IMG/VR virus record: IMGVR_UViG_3300036715_002161
Span: 64,001 to 128,000 of that record
Source of the DNA: a virus
Length of the DNA: 64,000 nt
Strand: one strand, 5' to 3'
Positions within the stretch are counted from its first letter, which is position 1. The number at the start of each line of letters is the position of its first letter. This document shows positions 46,130 through 56,260 of this stretch, one piece after another. Position numbers and translations under genes: made by a program. Under the pieces are notes generated by a model. It ran no database searches. It was not told the DNA's origin and worked only from the letters and a program-made list of their open reading frames with translations.

Positions 46130-46360
46130 TTAAGTTTTAGGTTTTCTTACCCGGCGGACCACCAATGGCCCAAAGGTAAAATTAATGGTTAGAAATTTGG
46201 CATCATAGGCAGCTCTTATTGCATCAAAATCAGAATCTGCCTTAACTACACCAAGCCTTGGAAGGGGACCCCATTTGGGTTTCCAATAATCTGGAAACAC
46301 ATCATAGGTATAAGTAAATCCCCGGTACCTACTAGAGTAATACTTTACTGTTGGCTGCAT
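46130..46360 (-). CDS. hypothetical protein
   Basis: 76-aa ORF. Confidence 0.55.
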   Translation of the reverse strand: MQPTVKYYSSRYRGFTYTYDVFPDYWKPKWGPLPRLGVVKADSDFDAIRAAYDAKFLTINFTFGPLVVRRVRKPKT

Positions 46361-46414
46361 GTTAATACTTAAAATCTGGGAGAATTCCCAGTTCCAAGAA
46401 TAATACGTAATACA

Positions 46415-46960
46415 CTACTTGTCAATGATTACTTTCCAATAAGACTTAGATTTTTCTGCATATACAACAAGTCCTTCTGGTCTCATAAAACCAGGAGAAG
46501 CCATGGAGCCATCAGTTTCAAGCCGGGTTCTACACTCAGAAATCCCCTTATTTAATTCTTCTTGGCAAGATTCAGCCATGTATGGAATATTATGGCAGCA
46601 CAGGCTTTTCTTAGTAGGGTTGAAAAGACTAAATCGTTTTTCAGTAAGTTCATACCCCCGGTTTATACTCTGCCCCCACCATTCACCAAAATGGTGACCT
46701 ACTCCTAGGTCAAGTATAAGTTGCTCGGCATTTTTGGCTACCCAGGACCCCAGGCCATAGTGATCAACTTCAAGACTTAATAGTCTACTACGGCTTTGAG
46801 CTCCTATATAATAGGTAAGTCCTTCTACTTCAAGATGATTTATAAACGTATCAAAAGCCTCCTGCTGTATTACTATACAGGCATTTGTGCCATCTATCTT
46901 TTCTGTAATATGAAATACTTCATTTTCTAATCTTGGTATTTTTGGCCAAGCAATAAACAC
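46415..46960 (-). CDS. RNA ligase (Rnl2-like adenylation domain)
   Basis: TEKIDGTNA, QSRSR, FGEW.G, PEGLVV. Confidence 0.75.
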   Translation of the reverse strand: MFIAWPKIPRLENEVFHITEKIDGTNACIVIQQEAFDTFINHLEVEGLTYYIGAQSRSRLLSLEVDHYGLGSWVAKNAEQLILDLGVGHHFGEWWGQSINRGYELTEKRFSLFNPTKKSLCCHNIPYMAESCQEELNKGISECRTRLETDGSMASPGFMRPEGLVVYAEKSKSYWKVIIDK

Positions 46961-46969
46961 TTATCTCTC

Positions 46970-47161
46970 CTATACAATTAGGTGTTTTTCAATTTTCGGC
47001 ACTGAATAGTCTTGTAACTCCTCTACTAAAATGTACTTGTTAAGTCTACGGGCGGCGGCCATTACTATCTTCTCTTCGCTAAGGCCCAACCCGCCCCTTA
47101 CTACGGTATAGTCAAGGACCTTAATCAAATCTGATTTCAAGTTGTGCGCTGTCTGGTTCAT
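46970..47161 (-). CDS. hypothetical protein
   Basis: 63-aa ORF. Confidence 0.5.
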   Translation of the reverse strand: MNQTAHNLKSDLIKVLDYTVVRGGLGLSEEKIVMAAARRLNKYILVEELQDYSVPKIEKHLIV

Positions 47162-47360
47162 GTTGTGGGTTCTCTATAGTTTTTCCCAAGGCTTTATCGA
47201 TAGAATTTGAATGGTACAATTTAAGTATCAAGTCCTCCTGGAAATGAATCTTCTTGGCGGCCTCTTCTAAAAGATCGCTGATTCTGTCTGGCTCACCTCT
47301 AGGAATACTTCTACGAATTTCCTCCCTTTTAAGTAGGCGGTAGACCAAGTCATCCTCCAT
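47121..47360 (-). CDS. hypothetical protein
   Basis: 79 aa; DLVYRL.KR.EIRR.IP..EPDRISDLLEEAA. Confidence 0.6.
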   Translation of the reverse strand: MEDDLVYRLLKREEIRRSIPRGEPDRISDLLEEAAKKIHFQEDLILKLYHSNSIDKALGKTIENPQHEPDSAQLEIRFD

Positions 47361-47927
47361 TTAATTACTCCTAAGACCTGTAACAGATGCAGAAATATTT
47401 AAATAGGCGTTTTGTGTCCCTTGAGAATTACTGATAAATCCTTTGGTAAAATCTCTGGCAATACCGTAGGACTGACCTACTGCAAAGGCATCTTGGTTTG
47501 CGGCCAGGAATACTACGGTCCAACCTTCTCCCTGCTTTGTCTCAATTAGCTGTTTGACCTGAGAGGTTGTAAACTCCTTGCTGGCATTTTCCCCACCATC
47601 AGTAAGAATACAAAGAATTACCTTGTCAGCCCAATCTTCCGCTTTGATACGAACTGCCTGTTCGTTAATTAGTTTGCCTAGGGAGTCCAAAAGAGCCGTA
47701 GACCCTCTGGGGACAAAAGTCTCACAGGTCAAGTCAGTAGCTTCACTCAGTTTTTTACCCTGGTAAACGTATTCGAAAAAGTCATCAAACAGGGCCAAGG
47801 TCATACGAGCCTTCCCCTTAACTTCTCTCTGATCTTTTAAAAAAGTGTTAAATCCCCCAATGGCATCCTCTGCTATTATGGCCATGGATCCACTACGATC
47901 AATAAGTGTAAGTATTTCAGTTTTCAT
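47361..47927 (-). CDS. von Willebrand factor A domain protein
   Basis: MIDAS DRSGSM, GSTALLD, LTDGGENAS; start reassigned to ATG 47927. Confidence 0.85.
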   Translation of the reverse strand: MKTEILTLIDRSGSMAIIAEDAIGGFNTFLKDQREVKGKARMTLALFDDFFEYVYQGKKLSEATDLTCETFVPRGSTALLDSLGKLINEQAVRIKAEDWADKVILCILTDGGENASKEFTTSQVKQLIETKQGEGWTVVFLAANQDAFAVGQSYGIARDFTKGFISNSQGTQNAYLNISASVTGLRSN

Positions 47928-47928
47928 T

Positions 47929-48177
47929 TTAGCTATTCTCTGGGTGCATAGATTCATATTCTTCAATGGCAAAGTCCCATCCGTCCCAATTATCAACCCC
48001 TGCATTTCTAAGACAATACAGAAGGTCAGAGTCAGTATAAGCCTCCTCTATTTCTTCAGCTAAGCCATCCAATCTTTCCTGGAAGGTATGTACCATATCC
48101 ATTACTTCTGAGCTCAACTCCAGCTTACTAAGTTCAGCCTGTAATTCTGTGTATTCCAGCAACATATCTTTAATCAT
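47929..48177 (-). CDS. hypothetical acidic protein
   Basis: CL..AGVDNWDGW motif common in phage proteins. Confidence 0.65.
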   Translation of the reverse strand: MIKDMLLEYTELQAELSKLELSSEVMDMVHTFQERLDGLAEEIEEAYTDSDLLYCLRNAGVDNWDGWDFAIEEYESMHPENS

Positions 48178-48193
48178 ATAACTTTCTCCTAAA

Positions 48194-50992
48194 TCAGTTT
48201 CTAATAAAACTTCCTATGCTCTGCAAGGCCTCCGGGGCCTCTGTCAGATTTAATTTCAACACTCTACGAATGGTCCCGTTCATACCCATAGACTTCCTGG
48301 TCTCTTCTACAAAGTACTTAGATTCTCTTATAGAATTATATATGGCCTGCTTGGAAAATACCTCTTCAGTATCATTTCTTTTCTCTTTGTTTACTATTCT
48401 AAAAATCTCAGAGAACCACAGATATAGAAAATCTCCTTCTTGCCGAATATGGTCCGGGGAAATTGGTGGCCTATCTCCTACCTGTAGCCCTTCTAACATT
48501 TCGAAGAATCTAATTACCATGTCGCCCTCTTCCATATTAAGGGTTTCATTGAGACTGGCCTGGCGCATATACCCAAGATAGTCATATTCCGGAAAGTAGG
48601 TTTTGGCCAACAGATTTGCAAAATACCCGGGAATACACCAGTTGATTGCAGTCCTGCTTGGGACACCAAGACTTTGCATGGCATGATTCAAATCTTTGGT
48701 GCCTTTTACTATGGTCTCGGCATCAAGACGGTGGGCATTAGCTATCCAGTGGTATCCTATACCTGACAGAATATCTTTTCTACTAGTAATCCATTCATAG
48801 CTAGTAATCTTCTCTCGACCTTCCTTGGGCACACGGACGATAATACACCTTTGACGGGTGGCATCATCTGAAATAGTATCTTGTCCACCAAGAATAAGGG
48901 TAGACCTAACCTTCTGACTACTAGTGGCAAAAGACTCTTTGGCACCAATAGTCCTACTTATCCGGTTATAGTATCCACGCATTTTACCATAGATCTCTAC
49001 CGACTCCTTATTAGCCCGTAGTTCGTCAATACAAGCTGGCAAACTTGAAAAATAGGCCATCTTTCTACCCCAGCCCACACCTGAGTTCATATTAGGAACA
49101 GTAATCAATCTTGCCTCTGGTGGGCCGAATAGGCTAAGTAACCAACTAAGGACTGTACTTTTACCACGGTCCTTATCTCCCCATAGCATTAAAAAGGGGA
49201 AACCATCTCCAATACGACTGAACAAAAGATTACTATATACTGAGCTCCAACAGAAGCCAACGCTGGTCAGAGCTTCTCCAAGCATGGTCCCATTACGGTT
49301 AAGGTTCAAACTAAGCTGTCTTATAAACCCCTCCAACAAGTCTTCTGACTCTTGGACGGTAAGTCTATCATACAGGGTCAGTACCTTATTACTAAGGAAT
49401 TCCCCGTCTACGTCGTGAGCAGTACTAGAATCAACCGACACCGGTTTTAGCCCGTGTTTTTCATCCGTCCAAATTACTCCTGTTTCATCGGCAACATACT
49501 TTACTCCCAGGTCATTTATAAAATAGTCTTTGAACAACCATCCTTTTAAGGCTTCATGTCTGCCAATAATCTCCGGTATATGGACGACCCTTTCTGTTCC
49601 TTGAGAATATACGTATTCCCAAAGAGAGGTAAGATCCTCTTCTTTGCCATAATAACTGGCATCGGCTGCATTGGCCACCAAGGTTTTGAATAGCTTGGTT
49701 GAGACTTTGGCCTCTGACGGGATTATTAAGGGCTCACTTACATAACCATTATCCTTGGTCAAAATCATTTCTCTTTGACGTTGGCCATCTCTTATAAAGA
49801 TGTTCATCAACTTCATAGTGAAATTGGTTATTTTTACCAAGGTGGGCTCTCCGTCCTTGTAACGGATTTTATAGTAAGCTCCGTCTTTTTCAACAATACC
49901 ATTGACAGTATTACTTTCTGAGGCTTGTTCCTGGGAATAATCAGAGTCTGAAATCCCATAGTCAGGACAACTGGTTACTGCCAAGGCAGACTCAAGGGTG
50001 GCCCCGCCCTTCAGGTACTCATCAATATCTTTACCGTCCAACCGTACTTGTCTAAGAGATGAAAATGAGGTTTTGAGTTTGTTTACTTTTGTACGATAGC
50101 CATCACCAGCCGGATCAGGGTCGAACAGAGTTATGACTTCTCTGTTGGCAAGATTGACTCGTAACCAATCAAGTTGTGTAGATGACACACTACCGATTGT
50201 GGCAATCACCCCAGATTCCCAACCAGCTTCTATTGTGGAGATAAGGTCATTTTCACCCTCTACTACAATTACCGGACCATCCAAAGTTATAGAGTCAGAA
50301 TTGTAGAAACAGTGACCCCTAAGCTTATTTTTATTGGGTAACTGATACTCTAACTGCTTGAGTGGATCTTTAAATGTAAAATGACTAGTATGACTTTTAA
50401 CCTTGTGGGGATAGATAAACACCTTAGAAGGTAGGAAGTCTTTGCCTCTGCGGTTTACAAGTCCAGAGGCCTTTATAAGCTCTTCATCATATCCAAGAGA
50501 AACCAAGTGTGGAACAAGTCCACCATCACTCCATCCTACCTGCATATCCCCTAAGACTTTAGGTAGATGCTTTCTCCGGTCGTGCTGAAACTCCAAAGGT
50601 GTTAACCCATTAAGTTCAGGGCAAGGGCCTGTTTCAAGTAGGATATTATGATAGTAGACTGCCGCCTGATTAAAAATACCCTGGACTGGATTATGATCTT
50701 TGGGTAGGACAACATCATACTCTGTGGACAGAAGCTTTACGGCCTCTACAGGGGTAATGGCCTTGACCTTGGCAGTCAAGGCAATCACATCTCCTGTTTC
50801 GTCACAGGAAAAGCACTTGTAGAAGGACTCCTTTTCAGTCTTCTTAATTCTAAAACAATCTCTATGATTACAAAATGGGCACTCTTTATCCTCTGGTTCA
50901 AAAGTAGATTCGCCAATGGCCCTATACTCGGTTGAAAATAACTTCTCTGCTACATCAATTATATCTACTTGGTCTTTGACCGTGGCGAACAT
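48194..50992 (-). CDS. DnaG-type primase fused to a P-loop helicase-like domain
   Basis: Zn finger CPFC..CFSC, Toprim VVEGEND / LFDPDPAG / KDIDEYL, P-loop GDKDRGKST, IDEL. Confidence 0.85.
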   Translation of the reverse strand: MFATVKDQVDIIDVAEKLFSTEYRAIGESTFEPEDKECPFCNHRDCFRIKKTEKESFYKCFSCDETGDVIALTAKVKAITPVEAVKLLSTEYDVVLPKDHNPVQGIFNQAAVYYHNILLETGPCPELNGLTPLEFQHDRRKHLPKVLGDMQVGWSDGGLVPHLVSLGYDEELIKASGLVNRRGKDFLPSKVFIYPHKVKSHTSHFTFKDPLKQLEYQLPNKNKLRGHCFYNSDSITLDGPVIVVEGENDLISTIEAGWESGVIATIGSVSSTQLDWLRVNLANREVITLFDPDPAGDGYRTKVNKLKTSFSSLRQVRLDGKDIDEYLKGGATLESALAVTSCPDYGISDSDYSQEQASESNTVNGIVEKDGAYYKIRYKDGEPTLVKITNFTMKLMNIFIRDGQRQREMILTKDNGYVSEPLIIPSEAKVSTKLFKTLVANAADASYYGKEEDLTSLWEYVYSQGTERVVHIPEIIGRHEALKGWLFKDYFINDLGVKYVADETGVIWTDEKHGLKPVSVDSSTAHDVDGEFLSNKVLTLYDRLTVQESEDLLEGFIRQLSLNLNRNGTMLGEALTSVGFCWSSVYSNLLFSRIGDGFPFLMLWGDKDRGKSTVLSWLLSLFGPPEARLITVPNMNSGVGWGRKMAYFSSLPACIDELRANKESVEIYGKMRGYYNRISRTIGAKESFATSSQKVRSTLILGGQDTISDDATRQRCIIVRVPKEGREKITSYEWITSRKDILSGIGYHWIANAHRLDAETIVKGTKDLNHAMQSLGVPSRTAINWCIPGYFANLLAKTYFPEYDYLGYMRQASLNETLNMEEGDMVIRFFEMLEGLQVGDRPPISPDHIRQEGDFLYLWFSEIFRIVNKEKRNDTEEVFSKQAIYNSIRESKYFVEETRKSMGMNGTIRRVLKLNLTEAPEALQSIGSFIRN

Positions 50993-50997
50993 CTACT

Positions 50998-52080
50998 TCA
51001 CTCCGATAATAGGGTTATTAAGGTACGCTGCCATATGGCAGTAGATTTATCACTATAATTATTTAAGAATCTACGGTTAAGCTTATGGACTCCTACTTTT
51101 GATAAAGATAAGGCCCGCTTCATAGTAGTTACTACACTACCTACATCATTAGGATCTGCTGCAAACATTTGATTAACCCATTTGATTTCTGGGGAAACTA
51201 CCACTGGTACATGTTGGCTGACAAAATCGGCAGTGACAATATTAAAAGTCTCTGAAAAGCTTACCTGAGTTCCTAAGTCCATGGTAGCTACCACATTTAA
51301 GAAATCATCATGGTTGTACCAATTATGAGAAATTAGTTTATGTCTTGGGTGATCTTTAAATACGGCCCTGAGATTACTCAGGACAGGGTTGCCATGCATC
51401 TCTAGTCTAGCCCCATTAATATGGAACTCCATTTTTTTTTCCAGGGAATCAGCTACCTCTATTGAGGCTAAAGCCTGTACCAGGTGATTCTTAAATGGTC
51501 TAATGGCCCCAAAACAGCCTATTTTTAAAACCCCATTTGAAGGTAAGCAGGTAATATGTTTCTTCTCTGGGGGTATAGAGTAGATGTTTGGTAGGTATAT
51601 CACTGAATTTTTACCAACAAGTCTAGGGTTAAAGCTTAAGGCCCAATTATAGGCATCATCGGCAGCGTCTTCTGAATTAAAGGCAAGCTTAATACCTTGT
51701 TCTAAGTAGCCTCTAATCCACTCAAAAATCATACCCTCAACTGCGGCAAATTCCGTATTACTATGACTGCGCACCATCCAGGTCACATGCGGGTATAGTT
51801 TTTTCAGCTCGGCAAACTTACTTGGAACTACCCAAAACCCCTCTATTATGACAAGCTCAGGTCTAAAAGTAGAAACCTCACGATCAATACTATTATTATC
51901 TACTACATCTACAATCTTGGCCTCTACTACCTTTTTAGCATTTAGGGCATCAACTATAAAACGTACTGAGTTATACAACCCAGAACATTTAGTTGGTAAA
52001 CCTACACTGCCTCCATAGTAGTCAGATGACCAACTACTATTACGTTGTTTACATATAAATAAAACTCGTTCTTTTCTCAT
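50998..52080 (-). CDS. GT-B glycosyltransferase
   Basis: GCFGAIRPFKNH and SFSETFNIVTAD GT4-like motifs. Confidence 0.7.
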   Translation of the reverse strand: MRKERVLFICKQRNSSWSSDYYGGSVGLPTKCSGLYNSVRFIVDALNAKKVVEAKIVDVVDNNSIDREVSTFRPELVIIEGFWVVPSKFAELKKLYPHVTWMVRSHSNTEFAAVEGMIFEWIRGYLEQGIKLAFNSEDAADDAYNWALSFNPRLVGKNSVIYLPNIYSIPPEKKHITCLPSNGVLKIGCFGAIRPFKNHLVQALASIEVADSLEKKMEFHINGARLEMHGNPVLSNLRAVFKDHPRHKLISHNWYNHDDFLNVVATMDLGTQVSFSETFNIVTADFVSQHVPVVVSPEIKWVNQMFAADPNDVGSVVTTMKRALSLSKVGVHKLNRRFLNNYSDKSTAIWQRTLITLLSE

Positions 52081-52976
52081 TTGATTTCCTTAATCTCAAA
52101 ATATCTTTTAGTTGACAATTCTATTGGCTTTAATTCACCGGATTTGCATTCTACTCTGTAGTCGCAATATTTACAACTATTACAAGATATGTGCTTGAAG
52201 AATCCAAGGTCATCTACTCGGTCTATACTAGCCTGAATGCCTGAGGTCAGCCCATGTAGCAGCTTTGTTTCAACTTCTTCGACAGAGGAGTATTCTCCCA
52301 TTTTGGTTTGTCCAGCCCTAATGAAGTGAACTCCGGATTGAGCTCCGGTTAATTTCTCGACACCATAATGGAATAATACCTTATAAGTGTTTAGCTGCCC
52401 TGCGAAATTCTTAACTCCCATTTCTGCCGGAGCTCCTGTCTTATGATCTATTAGAATAACGTCTTTATTTTCCAATTGAATACAGAGATCAATTACACCT
52501 CTGAAGAAGACATCTTCTCCAAAAAATCCTGTGGGCCTCCATTGGTCATCACAACCAATTCTTAGTTCAGTAAAATATCTCTTAACCTTATTAACCCTTT
52601 CGAACTCCCTTAGTTTAGAGGCGAAAGTCTCAATACTCATTTCTAGCGTCTCTACCTGGGCTTCCCAGTAAGGGTCTAATATAGGAGTAAATTCTCTTTT
52701 AGTGGCCAAAAAAGAGTTTTGGACAGACTTACCTTGTATTACAAGTTCACAGATACGGTGGGCCGCCTTACCTACCTCAGTAACCAAGCTAAAAGGAGGT
52801 TGGGGAGTCTTAACCTTCAATATATACTTAAGGTAAAAATTAAAAGGGCAAGACTGTAACATCTTATACTTGGAAAAACTCCAGGCACCCAGGCCAAACA
52901 TACCAAAATTTAAACTAGCAGGATCTTCAAAAGACGCTTGTTCTGCTTTTATAATTATTTCAGTTAAAGTTGACAT
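52077..52976 (-). CDS. PD-(D/E)XK RecB/Cas4-like exonuclease
   Basis: SFSK....SCP, GVIDL, IDHKTG, C..CKYCDY...C Fe-S cysteines. Confidence 0.85.
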   Translation of the reverse strand: MSTLTEIIIKAEQASFEDPASLNFGMFGLGAWSFSKYKMLQSCPFNFYLKYILKVKTPQPPFSLVTEVGKAAHRICELVIQGKSVQNSFLATKREFTPILDPYWEAQVETLEMSIETFASKLREFERVNKVKRYFTELRIGCDDQWRPTGFFGEDVFFRGVIDLCIQLENKDVILIDHKTGAPAEMGVKNFAGQLNTYKVLFHYGVEKLTGAQSGVHFIRAGQTKMGEYSSVEEVETKLLHGLTSGIQASIDRVDDLGFFKHISCNSCKYCDYRVECKSGELKPIELSTKRYFEIKEIK

Positions 52977-53390
52977 CTAATGTTTACTTCCTTTTGTGTC
53001 AAATACTAGTCCACCATGTTGTACTACCTCGGCCAACTTTTCAGTTAATTCCTCAGTAGATTTTTGCTCATACTGCTCCGTAGTGGTAGTCTTGATATAT
53101 TTAGAATACATATTACTGTATTCTGGTCTTAAGAACATAACCCATTTCACATTAGATTTCAGTAATCTGAGATAGACTTGATCTCTTATATACGGTTCTA
53201 CCGTCTTCACCCCATCTCTTAAAATGACAATGGCGGGCAAGGTTAGTAAAAAAGAGTCTTCGGTTTCTTCAAGTAATACAGCCATAAAATTAGTATCATC
53301 TTTATCTCCCAGGACAAAGGCTCTTGGACCTGGCTTACTGGAGAAAAGTAATATATCTACTGGCTCTGTTTCAGATACATCTTCGGTCAT
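52977..53390 (-). CDS. hypothetical protein
   Basis: 137-aa ORF with RBS. Confidence 0.6.
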   Translation of the reverse strand: MTEDVSETEPVDILLFSSKPGPRAFVLGDKDDTNFMAVLLEETEDSFLLTLPAIVILRDGVKTVEPYIRDQVYLRLLKSNVKWVMFLRPEYSNMYSKYIKTTTTEQYEQKSTEELTEKLAEVVQHGGLVFDTKGSKH

Positions 53391-53433
53391 ATACTTCCTT
53401 TAATAAATGCACTGGCCTGCATTCATTTTTAAT

Positions 53434-54282
53434 TTACATAGTGTACTTGCTAGATCCAGAAACGGCAGCCGTTACTTCTGGCTCCAAAACTTGAACAGTG
53501 GTCACTTCAGACTCATCCAATTCCATGTGGCTAGGCAGGGCCATAGGGGTTGCACTGGTCAGACTTTTGACGTAATCATAGAATTTGGCCAGGGACTCTT
53601 CCCGATTTGCACTAATCTGATCGAACAATTCTTGAAGGAATGGTAGTGAATCTTTGGCCGAGGTGGTGTCATTAGCCGCCAATAGCACTTCCACATTCTT
53701 TGACTTTTTAGAAGTCTCGGTAGTAAGAGTATATTGACGTTTATAAGTAGAAACACCGTTCTTAGACATCAAACTCATCCAGGCAGTACCGTTGGAATAG
53801 TTCGACTTACTAAAGTTTACCATAAATACTTTGTCCAATTCTGGCGTGGTGGCCATTACTGTTACAGTAGTATTACACTGACTTTTATTGTTCTCTTCGT
53901 CAAATTTAGAATACTGGCAGCTTGAGCAATTACCAAACCGGAACCCAACCTTTGTGTCCTGACTACTGCAAATTACACGACTATTATTTTGATCTGGATC
54001 CCAGTATTGACGACCTTTCCATGCTCGAAGTGGAATTACCGTCAGAGGCTGTTCAAATACCGTATCACGAATGACTATAGAACCAATTACAGCCGACTTG
54101 GGGAGCTTGGAGCGGTCGCTTGTGCCTTGGACTACTTTAAGGGAGTCTGGACGCCACTCAATTGGGTTATCGCCAATCCCCTCTACTACTTCCCCCATTT
54201 TAGAGACAAGCTCTGCGGCACCGGCCTTGATTTTTGCAGGTAGGGTCGTTGCCAGTTCTGCTAATTTATCTAAGTTTTTCAT
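53434..54282 (-). CDS. putative ssDNA-binding / annealing protein
   Basis: Cys cluster ICSS..CSSCQY..QC, acidic tail, position next to exonuclease; function inferred. Confidence 0.4.
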   Translation of the reverse strand: MKNLDKLAELATTLPAKIKAGAAELVSKMGEVVEGIGDNPIEWRPDSLKVVQGTSDRSKLPKSAVIGSIVIRDTVFEQPLTVIPLRAWKGRQYWDPDQNNSRVICSSQDTKVGFRFGNCSSCQYSKFDEENNKSQCNTTVTVMATTPELDKVFMVNFSKSNYSNGTAWMSLMSKNGVSTYKRQYTLTTETSKKSKNVEVLLAANDTTSAKDSLPFLQELFDQISANREESLAKFYDYVKSLTSATPMALPSHMELDESEVTTVQVLEPEVTAAVSGSSKYTM

Positions 54283-54465
54283 TTAATTTTCCTGTAATGT
54301 AAAAAAGTTACTATTGATTGCTTCTGCTAATTCAGTCAGAGTAAACCCCCAGGAGTCCTGGAGCCTATCGCTGACCACCCCTTGGTGAAAAAGAATAAGG
54401 TCTGATTCTGTTATGATCGGTGACCCAGACTTCTCCATCATACTAGTTATACCATCATTATTCAT
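54283..54465 (-). CDS. hypothetical protein
   Basis: 60-aa ORF. Confidence 0.5.
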   Translation of the reverse strand: MNNDGITSMMEKSGSPIITESDLILFHQGVVSDRLQDSWGFTLTELAEAINSNFFTLQEN

Positions 54466-54470
54466 AATGT

Positions 54471-54656
54471 TTAACTGATATTAAATTGTACTTCAAACGA
54501 ACGTGAGTCTAGATAGCCACCACGTTTAGGATCTGATCCCATCATTAAGGAGTAGACTTCGTCTAATTCTTGGAGGGCCTGTTCCGAGGTCTCTCTTGAA
54601 GTTAAGACCAATCTATGTTCTTTATCTGATATTTTCAGAAGTTCTACTTTAATCAT
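54471..54656 (-). CDS. hypothetical protein
   Basis: 61-aa ORF. Confidence 0.5.
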   Translation of the reverse strand: MIKVELLKISDKEHRLVLTSRETSEQALQELDEVYSLMMGSDPKRGGYLDSRSFEVQFNIS

Positions 54657-54677
54657 TTCTCGCTTTCTTTAAAAAGT

Positions 54678-55829
54678 CTATTCTACAGGGGTAGTATCAT
54701 ATGTCAAGATAAATATCTTATCTCTATACTTAATGGCCCATTCTTTCCAATTTATTTCTCTGGTCTGGAATCCACCCCCCGGCGGGTTTTCATTCAAGTA
54801 TAAATTCATAAGCATACCCATGACTTCTGGCATTTCTGTCTGGGCCTTTATGGCAAATTCTTTCCGGCCCAAGGTTTTGTTCTGATCAAAGAAGTGTTCA
54901 GTACGGCTTACCCATCCATTAAAAATAGGTAATATGACATTCTCCATTTCCTGAACCATATTCAGGGCAGCTGGGTCGTCCCAGAACATTGCTCGAAGGT
55001 CGTCAGCCCCCTCATTGATGACTACTTCAAAAAGCCTGGATGGGCAGGTAATACTATCTTTAGTCTTATGAAGGGTCAGGTACTTTGTATTTTTAACCTT
55101 TACATTATAAGTAGACCCATCAGCCTGGGCTATTTTTATTACGTAACCTTCTCCAGAGGTCTCGGCCCGGATGTCATCTACTACTTTCTGCTGCTGAAGT
55201 CCTGGCTGGTAGATGGTAAAGTCCACCATTCTACATAGGTCAATACCAAGTATAGACAAGAGTTCTGTGTCAATAGTATCTCCCGAGTCTTTATCTCTTA
55301 GCTGTAATACGGTCAACCTTTCATCTTGATATGGCACCACAATCCTGTTTGTAGGAGAGGTGTATTCCATATTAGTGGTAAACCCTAAAAGCTCTAAGTT
55401 TAGAATGATTTGTTTGAAAGATGCATTATTTGGCTGATCTAAAAAAGCCATGGCAGCTAAGGCCTGGTCTGATTCCAAGGAGCCTTTGGACTTAAGAAAA
55501 AGCTCTCCCTCCAATAAGTAGCTGGAGATAAGAGAACCGTCCATTTTTACCATTTGACATAAAAACTCGCCCTGAGTATGATCTACTCCACCCTCTTCGT
55601 AGTTGAAGAATTTTTCCATCGGTAGACTTATCAACTTAACATTTTCCGGGTCGGTGATGTCAAACATAGTCCCTCTACAATTCTTGGCTCCAGGCCTTTG
55701 AAATTCTGTCCAAGAAGACAGCCTATAATTAAAAATCCTCAGGGTTCTATTTAGCTTAAAAAAGTCTTTGAAGAAAAAAGGACTTTCGTCCCCCACCAGG
55801 TTCATCAAATCTATATATAATGTTTTCAT
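54678..55829 (-). CDS. RNA ligase 1 (T4 Rnl1-like)
   Basis: CRGTMF, PMEKFFNY.E, KMDGSLI, EYTSPTNRIV, EGYV, KVKN.KY. Confidence 0.9.
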   Translation of the reverse strand: MKTLYIDLMNLVGDESPFFFKDFFKLNRTLRIFNYRLSSWTEFQRPGAKNCRGTMFDITDPENVKLISLPMEKFFNYEEGGVDHTQGEFLCQMVKMDGSLISSYLLEGELFLKSKGSLESDQALAAMAFLDQPNNASFKQIILNLELLGFTTNMEYTSPTNRIVVPYQDERLTVLQLRDKDSGDTIDTELLSILGIDLCRMVDFTIYQPGLQQQKVVDDIRAETSGEGYVIKIAQADGSTYNVKVKNTKYLTLHKTKDSITCPSRLFEVVINEGADDLRAMFWDDPAALNMVQEMENVILPIFNGWVSRTEHFFDQNKTLGRKEFAIKAQTEMPEVMGMLMNLYLNENPPGGGFQTREINWKEWAIKYRDKIFILTYDTTPVE

Positions 55830-56260
55830 TTACACTCCAAAGGCCCAACCCATTTTTCATAGGCTGCAACCCAATTTTGAGAAATTTCTTTTTGGGCCTC
55901 TACCAAAGTAATTTTGCCACTACAGACAAGCCTGTTCAACTTGGTCTCTATGACGTCCTTTTTTCTGGCGCCACAAATCCCTGCATACAGCTGAGGCTGT
56001 AGATTACCAATGTCTGTTGGGTGTCCACCTAGCCCTAGGTTTTCTACGTGGTCTTCTTCATAATCGGCTAGATTTTTATCAGGTAGATTCCGGGCCTTTA
56101 TCTGGGCTACCTTTACCCTATTAGTATAACTAACTGGTGGTCTTATCGTCTCAGTCCAGCCGACAACACAGATGGTGGAGTGAATATTTTCCTGATTAAC
56201 GGCTGGATTACTAACCCCAGGAGAAAGTAATAAGTTTCCTACTAATAATAAAGTTTTCAA
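55826..56260 (-). CDS. HNH-like nuclease-fold protein with hydrophobic N-terminus
   Basis: YEEDH...LGG...NLQPQ...KD..E.KL. Confidence 0.55.
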   Translation of the reverse strand: MKTLLLVGNLLLSPGVSNPAVNQENIHSTICVVGWTETIRPPVSYTNRVKVAQIKARNLPDKNLADYEEDHVENLGLGGHPTDIGNLQPQLYAGICGARKKDVIETKLNRLVCSGKITLVEAQKEISQNWVAAYEKWVGPLECK

